Source: Centroscyllium fabricii
Taxonomy: Eukaryota
Direction: 5' to 3'
NCBI GenBank assembly: GCA_051313645.2
Contig: JBNRSN020000006.1
Location: 159,278,001-159,342,000, forward strand
Length of the DNA stretch: 64,000 nt
Each line of letters begins with the position of its first letter. Position 1 is the first letter of the stretch. The notes beneath the pieces were generated by a model. The model searched no databases. It was not told where the DNA came from and saw only the letters and a program-made list of their open reading frames with translations. Both the position numbers and the translations under genes were made by a program. Below are positions 11,595 to 22,699 of this stretch, one piece after another.

Positions 11595-12151
11595 GTTCCC
11601 CACACGGCTGCCGATCGGAGAGCGGGGAGGGGGGAGGGATGGCCGCGCTGCCGATCGGACAGCGGGGTGGGGGGAGGGATGGCCGTGGCTGCCAATCGGG
11701 GAGGGGGGCCCGTGGCTGCCAATCGGAGAGCGGGGAGGGGGGAGGGATGGCCGCCACTGTCGATCGGGGAGGGGGGAGGGAGGCCTGCGGCTGCCGATCG
11801 GAGAGCGTGGAGGGGTAAGGGAAGGCCGCGGCTGCCGATGGCCCGCGGTCAGCAGATGATTAGAGAGCAGGGAGGGAACGATGCTGCTCTGTTTCCCCTT
11901 TAAGGCCTAATCGGCTGCAGAGGTCATGGGGAAGCAAGCAGTTAGTGCGGGAGCGCTGCGCCCGGGAATGGTCATTAGCGGCAAGATATTGGCTGCCTGG
12001 AAGCCATGCAAGATGTGAATTAGCACCGAATTCTGCAATGGCGGCGCTAACGCGAATATCAGCCGCCTCGGCGCTAATTTAGCGCTGGCGCTAAATTTGA
12101 GCACATTGCCAAATTTAGTGCCCAATCCATGCGCTCACGAATTTCGCGCCC
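11595..12151. mobile_element. Right arm of a probable non-autonomous Harbinger-type DNA element with a GC-rich minisatellite
   Basis: Ends in AATTTCGCGCCC, like the GGGxxxAATTT termini of the other Harbinger-like elements here. Imperfect GGCTGCCGATCGG...GGGAGGGG repeats at 11605-11835. Confidence 0.5.
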
Positions 12152-12159
12152 TATATCTC

Positions 12160-12370
12160 ACACACATACTCATGGGCAATTTTTGGTATCTACAATTCAC
12201 CTAACCTGCATGTCTTTGGGTGGTGGGAGGAAACCGGAGTACCCGGAAGAAACCCACATGAACACGGGGAGAACATGCAAACTCCACGCAGAGAGGTCCC
12301 TTGCCAAGCAGGATTCAAACCCAGGAGCTCCTTATTGCGAGGCAGCAGTGCTAACCACTGTGCCACCGTG
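12160..12370 (-). mobile_element. tRNA-derived V-SINE
   Basis: Carries the V-domain-type core GGAGGAAACCGGAGTACCCGGAAGAAACCCAC and a tRNA-like head (GGATTCAAACC; GTGCTAACCACTGTGCCAC) on the minus strand. Confidence 0.8.
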
Positions 12371-13068
12371 TCATCACTGCAGAGTCCAATGTCATCCTAA
12401 GTGCCAATAGCAGAGAAGGATTTGATATAAAGAGTGCTACCTGGAGTAGGTTGTGGTATAAGAACATCTGCATCAATTCACCCTGACAGGGTGGCCTGCA
12501 GACTAGTTAGTGCACCCAATGTGGATACTTTGAATACTGACATAAAGCGGCCATTTGAACCAACCGGTTTCCAGGAGCTTTGGTGGGAGGTGGGTGGGGG
12601 GTTAACTTCTCAGAGTCTATAGGATCAAACTAATAAAACCAAACCCTGCCCTTCTAATCAGTGGAAACTGACTTCCATGGAAAGAAAAATCAGATGGGGT
12701 GTAAAGCAGGTGGCTGACCCGTTGCCACCCATTTCCCGCCCTGCGGGAACAATTAAAATTGACCCATTGTCCTGGAACAGGTCATTCTGAATGGACGTGA
12801 ATAAATACCATTAACAATTTATTTTTTGGTCAGCCTTCAACATTTTTTAGCCCATTACATTTATATTTTGGAAGAAAAATTAACATATCCAAAAATCAGT
12901 GTACAAAACATTGAAATCTTTGGCACAAATATATGATTCACAAAACACTAAGAACATCAGAAAGCCCAGAGTCAGAAAATAGCATTCAGCCCATCAAGCC
13001 CACTCCATCCAGCGTCCATGTAGGATTATTCTATTATCAACTCATCCCCAACCTTACTTCAAAGAATA

Positions 13069-13418
13069 CAGGTACACAATCGCTTATCCGCAACTCCAAA
13101 AACCGAAAAGCTCAAAGAGCCGAGATCCCGAGTTGCGCCAAAATAACCATTTTTTCTTAAATAAATTGAAGGTGGTGACCAGCTGCAGCAGAAAAAATAT
13201 GTTTTTACCTTAATGCTGTGCTGAGTAAATAAACCGCCGATATGCCGTTCCAAACGGCCGATATACCGTTCCCCGACTGCGAACTGGGCCGCAAACACGG
13301 CAATGCGCATGCGCATGTGATCTGCGCATGCACACTGGGCAAAATCTAAAAACCTAGAAATCCCGGAAACCGAGACCCGTCTGGTCCTGCGGGTCTGGGA
13401 TAAGGGATTGTGGACCTG
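13069..13418. mobile_element. Tc1/mariner (Tigger/pogo-like) MITE
   Basis: 21-bp TIRs CAGGT(A/C)CACAATC(G/C)CTTATCC with a TA duplication on both sides. Confidence 0.85.
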
Positions 13419-14480
13419 TACTAAGTTCCATTAAGTAGTGTCATAATAGCCCTCAATTCCTCATTCTCAACAGATATTGACCCAGCTTCCTTTTAAAATT
13501 AAATGGACCACCTTCTGAGAGGCTATTCCACAAATCTGCTATCCCATCTCTAACCTTCCTCAAGGCTTGTGCATTTTGTCCATGTGTACTCTTATCCCAA
13601 ATTATTATTTTCAACATCTGTGTCATGTTCCGCCTTAGTCTTTTCTTTCCAGCTAAAATTGCAGTCTCTTCAGCCTTTCTTCATAACTCAATCACAACCT
13701 TGTTATACTAATTTAATAATAATTGTAACTATATCATTAAACAAAAGCTGTACAACTCAATATGGTTGCAGATGTAGCCACATGTTTGCCTGAATCATTT
13801 CTACTTTTGCAAGATAAAATTGCGAAGGCATTAAAGTCTAGTTTTTTCTCTCCCTGCTGCCTGTTGTGGTGAAGTTAAATGGCGGGGGGCGGAGGGACTG
13901 GAAGCAATAATGGATGGGTGTCTCACTCTGCCACACTTACAGGGAAGGGGGAGGGAAGAGATCACACCACTGTGGAACATCTAGGCTCATATTAATGCTT
14001 TTAACAATCTGTATTGCATCAAATACATTAAATGTCATTTCATTTGAACACCCCTTTCGGTTATTTTGTAATTTTCATTTTTATGTTGATATTATGTGTT
14101 ACATATTTGATTTACTATGACTGTATATATTTTATTCAAAACTGTTTTACATAGTTATTAGCTTTATCATCTGAAACTCACCATAACCACAGAAATGGAA
14201 GTAAAAGGTACAAAATATACTAAACAAAGGGGCAAAAGCAAATAAAATCAAGAAAATGTTTAGAAAAAGGAGATATGTAAAAGAAAGCAATGGCAACTGA
14301 GAGACAAGAGGCAAAGAAAAATATTCTTTGAACAGGAGATTAAGTTCTTATGTGTAAAATCTCATTTTTGCTACGATCTCTGTAACTCTGCTACGAACAG
14401 AGCTCTTGCTTCCATTTAGTGGGCTATTTCTACACAAGGCAATATCCTGCATTGTACACATTGCATCATGTCCAGCTTAC

Positions 14481-14575
14481 CAGAGTCCATGTCATCACTG
14501 TGCACATAGGAATCGCAGTGGCTGCTGCAGATACTTGTAAAAGAAGCAATGGAATTCCTATTGCTGTTACAGTCA
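14481..14575 (-). CDS. PREX2: PREX2 internal coding exon (95 bp)
   Basis: Acceptor ctttcttccccAG, donor G|GTAAGC. Encodes [31 protein letters not shown], which matches PREX2 ([14 protein letters not shown]) better than PREX1 as I recall them. Confidence 0.92.
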
Positions 14576-15832
14576 CTGGGGAAGAAAGATAGCATGTTAA
14601 GCCTCCTCTCTTACAAATTACGTGCAATTCATGCTGAATATTGTTTTACTCTGTGTATTTAGGCTTGTGACAGATCTTCAGTATGTATGCAAAGCTGGGG
14701 CTATATTCCGATGGGGAAGGATGCAACAACTGATAAATTATGTATTCTGAATAATTTGACAGCTGTCTAACACAAAATGTAATTTATCCTGCTCTCAGTA
14801 TTTTCTTGGTGTTTAGATTCTGGGATATATCTGCAATCAGTTTTTTCTCATGGTTTGTACTTACTCCAGATTGTTAACACTGATCATTTTGACTGGTACC
14901 ATACCTTAGAAACTGTTTTATTTTTTGATCTTTTCTCTTGTAGTTAAATGGTTTGGGGTCACATAGTAAAGCTATCAAAAATGTGTTACAGTGTCTCACC
15001 ACTGAGTACTCTTTAAAACAATCAATTTATGACCAAATTAATAGTCTGATATTGTTTTGGTCTCCATTTCCATCACTTTTTTTGAGTGCTGTTAGCAGCA
15101 TCACGAGCATTGCACTGGACCTAATAAGCAGGATAATATGAACAAGGTCAACTGACATGATCACTGAAGTGCCCTAAGCTATGTTTTAAATACCGTTGTT
15201 AATTCAGTTCACCGATACAACGTAGGTTGGTGACTCTTCTCCAAGCCAGTTCTAAGATGTCATTGATACTCAATTAAAAAAAAATTGGGGTGTAGGTAAA
15301 GTTCAGATATAAATGCTGAATACACTCATACTACATTTCTTAGTGCATTATTTTAACCAGGCGTTAACTCATTTTAAATAAACAAGTTTATGCCTGCCTA
15401 AGCTCAGCACAGAGGATATATATGAGGACATTAAGCGTTTGTAACTGAACTTCATCAGCTGAAAGATATAGCCCAGTGTGTGCTGATTGTGACCGAAATA
15501 ACGACCTCGTGGATGAGTAGTTAGAAGGGTGAAACAATACGGCTTTTATTCGCTAAATGGTGGACATGCACCAGCTAGTCGACCGTCCCCAGGAATGGCC
15601 GGGGGATGGGAGACGGCCGCTTATATACCTCCTCCTGGGAGGGAGGAGTCGCGGGTGGAGCCAGCGTGGGCATGTCCAGGTAATCGCACAATAGGTTATG
15701 TACAACATGAATAATGGTACGATTACAGAGATACATAACAGGGTGGGTATATACAAGGAAACAGTGGTTTACCACATTCACCCCTTCTTTAAAACAAAAG
15801 TCCGGCGGGGTGAACACGACAGTTCTTTTAAT

Positions 15833-16711
15833 TTACAAATTAAGTCGCTCCGGCGGCCTGGTGATCCTGGTTGAGCGTCGCACCGCTGGTGGTGTCAGCG
15901 GTCGTGGAGTGGCCGGTCGGGTTGGTTGCATCGATGGTGATGATGCCGGTTGGCGAGCGGTGGTTGATAGCGTCGGTTGGTTTCTGGTTGGTGCCCTTGC
16001 AGTGACAGTAGGAGGCGCGCTCTCTCCCTCGTCATCTGACTCTAGGGGGCGTGTACTGTGGAGCCATGCTGGAGGCCATGTCGTGCTGCCCGCAGGTGCC
16101 GGGTGGACGTACCGGGGTGCTGGGTTCTCGTGCCGGGGAGCGTACCTTGGCGCCGGTGGCCCGGGTGGAGTGGCTGGCCGCGGTGGCCCGGGTGGAGTGG
16201 CTGGCCGTCTTGGGTGCACGGGCTGCTGGGCGGGGCTGGGTTTGGGGGCTCCCGCTGGCACCAGGTCCTTGATGGACACGGTGTCCTCCCTCCAGTCAGG
16301 GTATGCCACATAGGCGTACTGGGGATTGGCGTGCAGGAGGTGGACCCGTTCGACCAGGGGATCTGCCTTGTGACCCCTCACGTGCTTCCGTAGTAGGACT
16401 GGTCCCAGCGATAGCAGCCACGATGGTAGCGAGGTCCCGGAAGCTGACTTCCTGGGGAAGGCAAAAAGTCGTTCGTGAGGGGTGGCATTAGTGGCCGTAC
16501 ACAGGAGGGACCGGATGGAGTGGAGGGCTTCAGGGAGGACATCCTGCCAGCGGGAGACTGGGAGGCCTTTAGACCGTAGGGCTAACAGGATGGCCTTCCA
16601 GACAGTGGCGTTGTCCCTCTCTACCTGTCCGTTCCCCCGGAGGTTGTAGCTGGTAGTCCTGCTAGTCGCGATGCCTTTGGCTAGCAGAAACTGATGCAGC
16701 TCGTCACTCAA
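15833..16711 (-). pseudogene. Integrase core and C-terminus of element D (frameshifted)
   Basis: RTTSYNLRGNGQVERDN, REDTVSIKDL, a Pro-rich tail and RRSTRITRPPERL. No chromodomain seen. Confidence 0.88.
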
Positions 16712-16910
16712 AGGATGCCTCCCGGTCGCTATGGATATAGCTGGGATAGCCGAACAGGGAGAAGATGCTGTGGAGGGCTTTGATGACAGTGGCGGAGGTC
16801 ATGTCCGGGCAGGGGATGGCAAAGGGGAAGCGGGAGTACTCGTCAATGACGTTGAGGAAGTACACGTTCCTGTTGGAGGAGGGAAGGGGTCCTTTGAAAT
16901 CGACGCCGAG

Positions 16911-19742
16911 TCATTCAAAGGGGCGAGTGGCCTTGATCAGATGCGCCCGGTCTGGCCGATAGAAGTGCGGCTTGCACTCCGCACAGACCTGGCAATTGCT
17001 GGTCATGGTCTTGACCTCCTCGATGGAGTAGGGGAGGTTGCGGGACTTCACAAAGTGAACCAACCTGGTGACCCCCGGGTGGCAGAGGTCATTGTGTAGG
17101 GTTTGGAGGCGGTCTGTCGGTGCGCTGGCACATGTACCGCGGGATAGGGCGTCTGGGGGTTCGTTAAATTTCCCGGGCCGGTACAAGATATCGTAATTGA
17201 ACGCCGAGAGCTCAATTCTCCACCTTAATATCTTGTCGTTCTTGATTTTACCCCGCTCTTTGTTGTTGAACATAAAAGCGACTGAGCGTTGGTCAGTCAG
17301 CAGGGTAAATCGCTTGCCGGCCAGGTAGTGCTTCCAGTGACGCACTGCTTCAACGATGGCCTGGGCCTCCTTCTCGACTGAGGAGTGGCGGGTCTCGGGG
17401 CCCTGGAGAGTACGCGAGAAGAAGGCCACGGGTCTGCCCGCCTGGTTAAGTGTGGCGGCCAGGGCAAAGTCCGATGCATCGCTCTCTACCTGGAATGGGA
17501 CGGACTCGTCCACGGCGTGCATCGTTGCCATCGCAATGTCGTCCTTAATGCCGCAGAACGCCGCGCGGGCATCTGCTGACAGGGGGAATGAGGTGGATTT
17601 AAGCAGTGGGCAAGCTTTGTCCGCGTAATTGGGGACCCACTGGGCATAATAGGCAAAGAAACCCAAGCACCGTTTAAGGGCCTTGGGGGAGTGGGGGAGG
17701 GGGAGCTCCATGAGGGGGCGCATGCGGTCCGGGTCGGGACCGATGACCCCATTCTCCACAACACTGCCGAGAATGGCAAGGCGGGTGGTACTGAACACAC
17801 ATTTTTCAGTGTTATCCGTCAGATTGAGTGTTTTGGCGGTGTGGAGAAATTTCTGGAGGTTGGCGTCATGGTCCTGCTGATCGTGGCCGCAGATGGTCAA
17901 GTTATCGAGGTACGGGAAAGTGGCTCGCAGCCTGTACTGATCGACCATTCGGTCCATCTCGCTTTGGAAGACCGAGACCCCATTTGTGACGCCAAACGGG
18001 ACCCTGAGGAAGTGGTAGAGGCGGCCGTCAGCCTCGAAGGATGTATAGAGACGGTCCTCTGGGCGAATGGGAAGCTGGTGATACGCGGACTTCAGATCTA
18101 TGGTGGAGAACACCCGGAACTGCGCGATCTGATTCACCATGTCCGCTATCCGGGGGAGGGGGTATGCGTCTAACTGGGTGAACCGATTGATGGTCTGACT
18201 ATAGTCCACTACCATCCGGTTCTTCACTCCGGTTTTCACCACCACTACCTGCGCCCTCCAGGGACTATTACTGGCCTCGATAACCCCCTCCTTCAGGAGG
18301 CGCTGCACCTCGGACTTGATAAAGTCCATGTCCCCAGCACTGTAGCGCCTACTCTTGGTGGCGACGGGCTTGCAGTCTGGGGTGAGGTTGGCAAAGAGCG
18401 AGGGAGGGGCGACCTTAAGGGTCGAGAGGCCACAGGTAGCGCACCGGGGGTGCTGCGCCGAGCGCCGGTTGCTGACCGTGAGCGAGGGAAGGGGCCCACC
18501 GTACGCCATGGTAACGCTTTGGAGATGGCACTGGAAGTTCAGACCCAATAGTAATGGAGCGCAGAGCTGCGGCAGCACGAAAAAGCTAAAGTTACTAAAG
18601 TGCACGTCCTGCACCATTAGAGCCACTGCGCAACGCCCGGAGACGTCCGCAGATTCCGATTTGGAAGCCATTGAAATCTTTTGGCTTGCTGGCATAACCT
18701 TAAGGGAGAGGCGCTTTACTGTCTCAGGATGAACAAAACTCACCGTGCTCCCACTGTCGAAAAGGCACACCACGTCCTGTCCGTTCACTCCCACCGGCAT
18801 CATCGATTTCCCGACTGATTGGGCCTTGTTCTGGTCCAGATTCACCGATGCCAATATTGGATCAGACGATTCCTCTTGATCCGGCGAGAAGTCCTCTGGG
18901 GCCGGTTCCCAAGATGGCTGCCGCCATGCGGTTTCATGCGGAGGGGGTGGCTGGGTCCAATATGGCGACTGCTGCCACGCGGGGTGCTGAGTGGGGGATG
19001 GCTGAGTCCAATATGGCTGCCCCCATGTTCCACACGCGGCACTGCCCGGTTTCGGTTTAGGGGCTGTGATCGCCTTACAGACTTTAGCGTAATGTCCCTT
19101 CTTTCCACATTTTGAGCAGGCCGCTTCTCTTGCCGGGCAGCTGCGTCTCGGATGTTGAGACTGCCCGCAGAAGTAACATTTTGCCGTCCAAGATGGCGGG
19201 GCTGGGCCCATATAGTTGCCGGAGTATGACGATAGGTTTAGTGAGGCCACGTCCAGCGCATTGCCCAGATCCGCTGTTGCCTGCAGGTCAAGGCCGTTCT
19301 GTTCTAACAGCCTCTGTCTGATATAGTCCGACCTGAGGTCTCTGATTAGACTGTCCACATGGATCTGGGCCGATTGCGCTCTGCAGTCACAGGCCCGTGA
19401 TAGCACTCTCAGCGCTCTTAAAAATTCCACGCTGGACTCACCGGGTTGCTGCTTCCTGGTGGCTAGGATGTGTCTGGCATGGACGATATTGGGTGCCCGG
19501 TTGTACTCCGCCTTGAGGATCCTGATAGCATCCAAGAATGATGATGCGTCCACGATCATGGAGTACACCTGAGGGCCCACCCGGGCGTTGAGGAGCCGCC
19601 GTTTGTCCTCTTCGGTCCTGACGACCGCTGCGTTCGTTCTCAGGTACGCATCGAAACAGTCATACCAGTGCGAGAATGTGTTTGATGCGCCTGGTGTCCG
19701 GGGATCCAATTCGAACATTGCTGGCTTGAGCATTGCGTCCAT
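16911..19742 (-). CDS. Gag-protease-RT-RNase H-integrase(N) polyprotein of element D
   Basis: Open frame of about 940 aa with two CCHC knuckles, FDSGS, YLDN, ESDAS/EKE/TDQ and HHCC. Shows that gag and pol are a single ORF in this lineage. Confidence 0.9.
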   Translation of the reverse strand: MDAMLKPAMFELDPRTPGASNTFSHWYDCFDAYLRTNAAVVRTEEDKRRLLNARVGPQVYSMIVDASSFLDAIRILKAEYNRAPNIVHARHILATRKQQPGESSVEFLRALRVLSRACDCRAQSAQIHVDSLIRDLRSDYIRQRLLEQNGLDLQATADLGNALDVASLNLSSYSGNYMGPAPPSWTAKCYFCGQSQHPRRSCPAREAACSKCGKKGHYAKVCKAITAPKPKPGSAACGTWGQPYWTQPSPTQHPAWQQSPYWTQPPPPHETAWRQPSWEPAPEDFSPDQEESSDPILASVNLDQNKAQSVGKSMMPVGVNGQDVVCLFDSGSTVSFVHPETVKRLSLKVMPASQKISMASKSESADVSGRCAVALMVQDVHFSNFSFFVLPQLCAPLLLGLNFQCHLQSVTMAYGGPLPSLTVSNRRSAQHPRCATCGLSTLKVAPPSLFANLTPDCKPVATKSRRYSAGDMDFIKSEVQRLLKEGVIEASNSPWRAQVVVVKTGVKNRMVVDYSQTINRFTQLDAYPLPRIADMVNQIAQFRVFSTIDLKSAYHQLPIRPEDRLYTSFEADGRLYHFLRVPFGVTNGVSVFQSEMDRMVDQYRLRATFPYLDNLTICGHDQQDHDANLQKFLHTAKTLNLTDNTEKCVFSTTRLAILGSVVENGVIGPDPDRMRPLMELPLPHSPKALKRCLGFFAYYAQWVPNYADKACPLLKSTSFPLSADARAAFCGIKDDIAMATMHAVDESVPFQVESDASDFALAATLNQAGRPVAFFSRTLQGPETRHSSVEKEAQAIVEAVRHWKHYLAGKRFTLLTDQRSVAFMFNNKERGKIKNDKILRWRIELSAFNYDILYRPGKFNEPPDALSRGTCASAPTDRLQTLHNDLCHPGVTRLVHFVKSRNLPYSIEEVKTMTSNCQVCAECKPHFYRPDRAHLIKATRPFE

Positions 19743-20419
19743 CTTCAAAATTTAGCGAATAAAATTGTGACCGAAATAACGACCTCGTGGACGAGTAGTT
19801 AGAAGGGTGAAACAATACGGCTTTTATTCGCTAAATGGTGGACATGCACCAGCTAGTCGACCGTCCCCAGGAATGGCCAGGGGATGGGAGACGGCCGCTT
19901 ATATACCTCCTCCTGGGAGGGAGGAGTCGCGGGTGGAGCCAGCGTGGGCATGTCCAGGTAATCGCACAATATGTTATGTACAACATGAATAATGGTACGA
20001 TTACAGAGATACATAACGGGGTGGGTATATACAAGGAAACAGTGGTTTACCACACTGATGACATTTGTAACTTAAGACTTGAATTGTTGGTCCACTATTG
20101 AGGAGTTAGCTGAATGTTACTTTTGGCTTTTCAGCATTAATAGGCATGTAGGCTAGCCCCCATTAACTGTTTCCTGTTTCAATGGATGGGCCAATGTGCA
20201 GTCATTACAGTGCTAAAAGATATAGTTTAATACAGGTACTGCATAATGAGCCATCTACAAAGTGGCAAAATTAATATTCCTGATAATCAGTTGTCAGATG
20301 CAATTATGAGCCATTTAAACAGCTGAAATCACACTGATATGACTGAGTAAATGAGCATAACAGAGTAACGAATGCCAGGTTTACTGACCCAGAGCTGGAA
20401 GGCCTACTGGAAGATAGAT

Positions 20420-22249
20420 TTGTGAAGAGAAAAAGATTGGTGAAGTCAAGCGTAGGTCCCTTACAGTCAGAATCAGGGGAATTTATAATGGGGAACAAAG
20501 AAATGGCAGACCAATTAAATATATATTATGTTCCTGTCTTCACAAAGGAGGACAAAAATAAGCTTCCGGAGATGTCGAGGAACATACGGACTAATGAGAG
20601 GGAGGAACTGAAAGAAATCAGTATTTGTAGGGAAATGGTTTTGGGGAAGTTGACGGGATTGAAGGCTGATAAATCCCCAGGGCCTGATAATCTACATCCT
20701 AGGGTACTTAAGGAAGTGGCCCTGGAGATAGCAGATGCATTACTTGTCATGTTCCAAAATTCGATAGCCTCTGGAACAGTACCCATGGATTGGTGGGTAG
20801 CTAATGTTACCCCACTATTCAAAAAAGGTGATTGAGAAAAAGCGGGGAATTATGGACCAGTAAGTCTGACATCGGTAGTGGGGAAAATGCTAGAGTCCAT
20901 TATAAAAGATGTAATAGCAGAGCACTTGGAAAGCAGTGACAGGATCGGACAAAGTCAACATGGATTTACAAAAGGTAAATCGTGCTTGACTAATCTACTG
21001 TAATTTTTTGAGGATGTAACTGGTAAAATAGATAAGGGAGAACCAGTGGATGTGGTGTATTTGGACTTTCAGAAGGCTTTCGATAAGGTCCCACATAAGA
21101 GATTAGCGTGCAAAATTAAGGCTCATGGGATTGGGGGCAAGGTATTGACTTGGATAGAGAACTGGTTGGCAGATAGAAAGCAAAGAGTTGGAATAAACGG
21201 GTCATTTTCCGAGTGGCAGGCAGTGACTAGTGGGGTACTGCAAGGATCGGTCCGAGCACCCCAGCTGTTCACAAAAAATATTAATGATCTGGACAAGGGA
21301 ATTGGATGTAGTATCTCCAAATTTGCAGACAACACAAAGCTGGGTGGGAGGGTATGCTGTGAGGAGGATGCCGAGAAACTCCAGTACGATTTGGACAGGT
21401 TGGGTGATTGGACAGAAACATGGCAAATGCACTATAATGTGGATAAATGTGAGGTTATCCACTTTGGTGGCAAAAACAGGAAGGCAGATTATTATTTGAA
21501 TGGCAATAGATTGGGAGAAGGGGAAGTGCAAAGAGACCTGGGTGTCCTTGTGCACCATTCGCTGAAGGTAAGCATGCAGGTGCAGCAGGCGGTTAACAAG
21601 GCAAATGGTATATTGGCCTTTGTAGCAAGAGGGTTCGAGTACAGGAACAAGGATGTCTTGCTGCAGCTGTACAGGGCCTTGGTGAGACCGCACCTCAAGT
21701 ACTGTGTGCAGTTTTGGTCGCCTAATCTGAGGAAGGATGTTCTTGCCATGGAAGGAGTGCAGCGAAGATTCACCAGGCTGATACCTGGAATGGCAGGAAT
21801 GACGTATGAGAGATTGGGTCGATTGGGCTACACTCACTGGAATTTAGAAGATTGAGAGTGGATCTCATCGAAACCTATAAAATTCTGTCAGGCCTGGACA
21901 GACTAGATGCAGGAAGGATGTCCCCGATGGCTGGGGAGTCCAGAACCAGGGGTCATAGTCTAAGGATAAAGGGTAAGCCATTTAGGACTGAGATGAGGAG
22001 GAATTTCTTCACCCAGAGAGTGGTGAACCTGTGGAATTCTCTCCCACAGAGGGCAGTGAAGGCCAGTTCATTAAATATATTCAAAAAAGAGTTGGATATA
22101 TTCCTTAAGGCTAAGGGGATCAAGGGATGTGGGGAGAAGATAGGGACAGGGTACTGAATTTGGATGATCAGCCATGATCTCATTGAGTGGCGGAGCAGGC
22201 TCGAGGGGCCGAATGGCCTATTCCTGCTCCTATCTTCTATGTTTCTATG
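20420..22249 (+). mobile_element. 5'-truncated CR1-clade LINE
   Basis: KSPGPDNLHPRVLKE, YLDFQKAFDKVPH, KFADNTKLGG and FFTQRVVNLWNSLP motifs with in-frame stops. 3' tail ...CTATCTTCTATGTTTCTATG. Confidence 0.93.
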
Positions 22250-22699
22250 AGTCACGAAGAGGAGGGACACATGGTGTGAGATCAATAGCCACACAATTTC
22301 ACCCCCCTCCAAAAGACACATGGTGCAGCAGCCACAGGAGGGGTTGGCAGGAAAGGTGCATGCAGTGTCAAGGAATCTCAGGAGCTGGCAAGGCATCAGG
22401 AAGAAGATATCAGAACTCAAGCCACTTTCAATACCTCCACAATATTCTTATGCTTGTAGGACAAGAGGGCTTTTAGTTGCTGGGAGCAGAGGTACAGAAA
22501 GTGTTCCAAAGCAAATGGCACCTTTCGAAGAAGCCACCCTTAAAATCATTGGCTGTAAAAGCATCGAGGGAGGGCAGATGATAAAACTGGAGTTCAGGGC
22601 CAGTACCATCATGTTGACCTTCTCAGTTACTGTCCTACAGGCACATATTTGTAATGATATCAGCAAACAGTGATCATGTTTGCTTGTTTGACTATCTAT

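Larger units (their letters stand above)
15488..20054 (-). mobile_element. Full-length Gypsy LTR retrotransposon D
   Basis: 289-bp LTRs at 15488-15776 and 19766-20054 (4 differences by eye), 5-bp TSD CTGAT and PPT AAAGAAGGGGTGAA. One gag-PR-RT-RH-IN reading frame, with frameshifts in the integrase. Confidence 0.97.
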
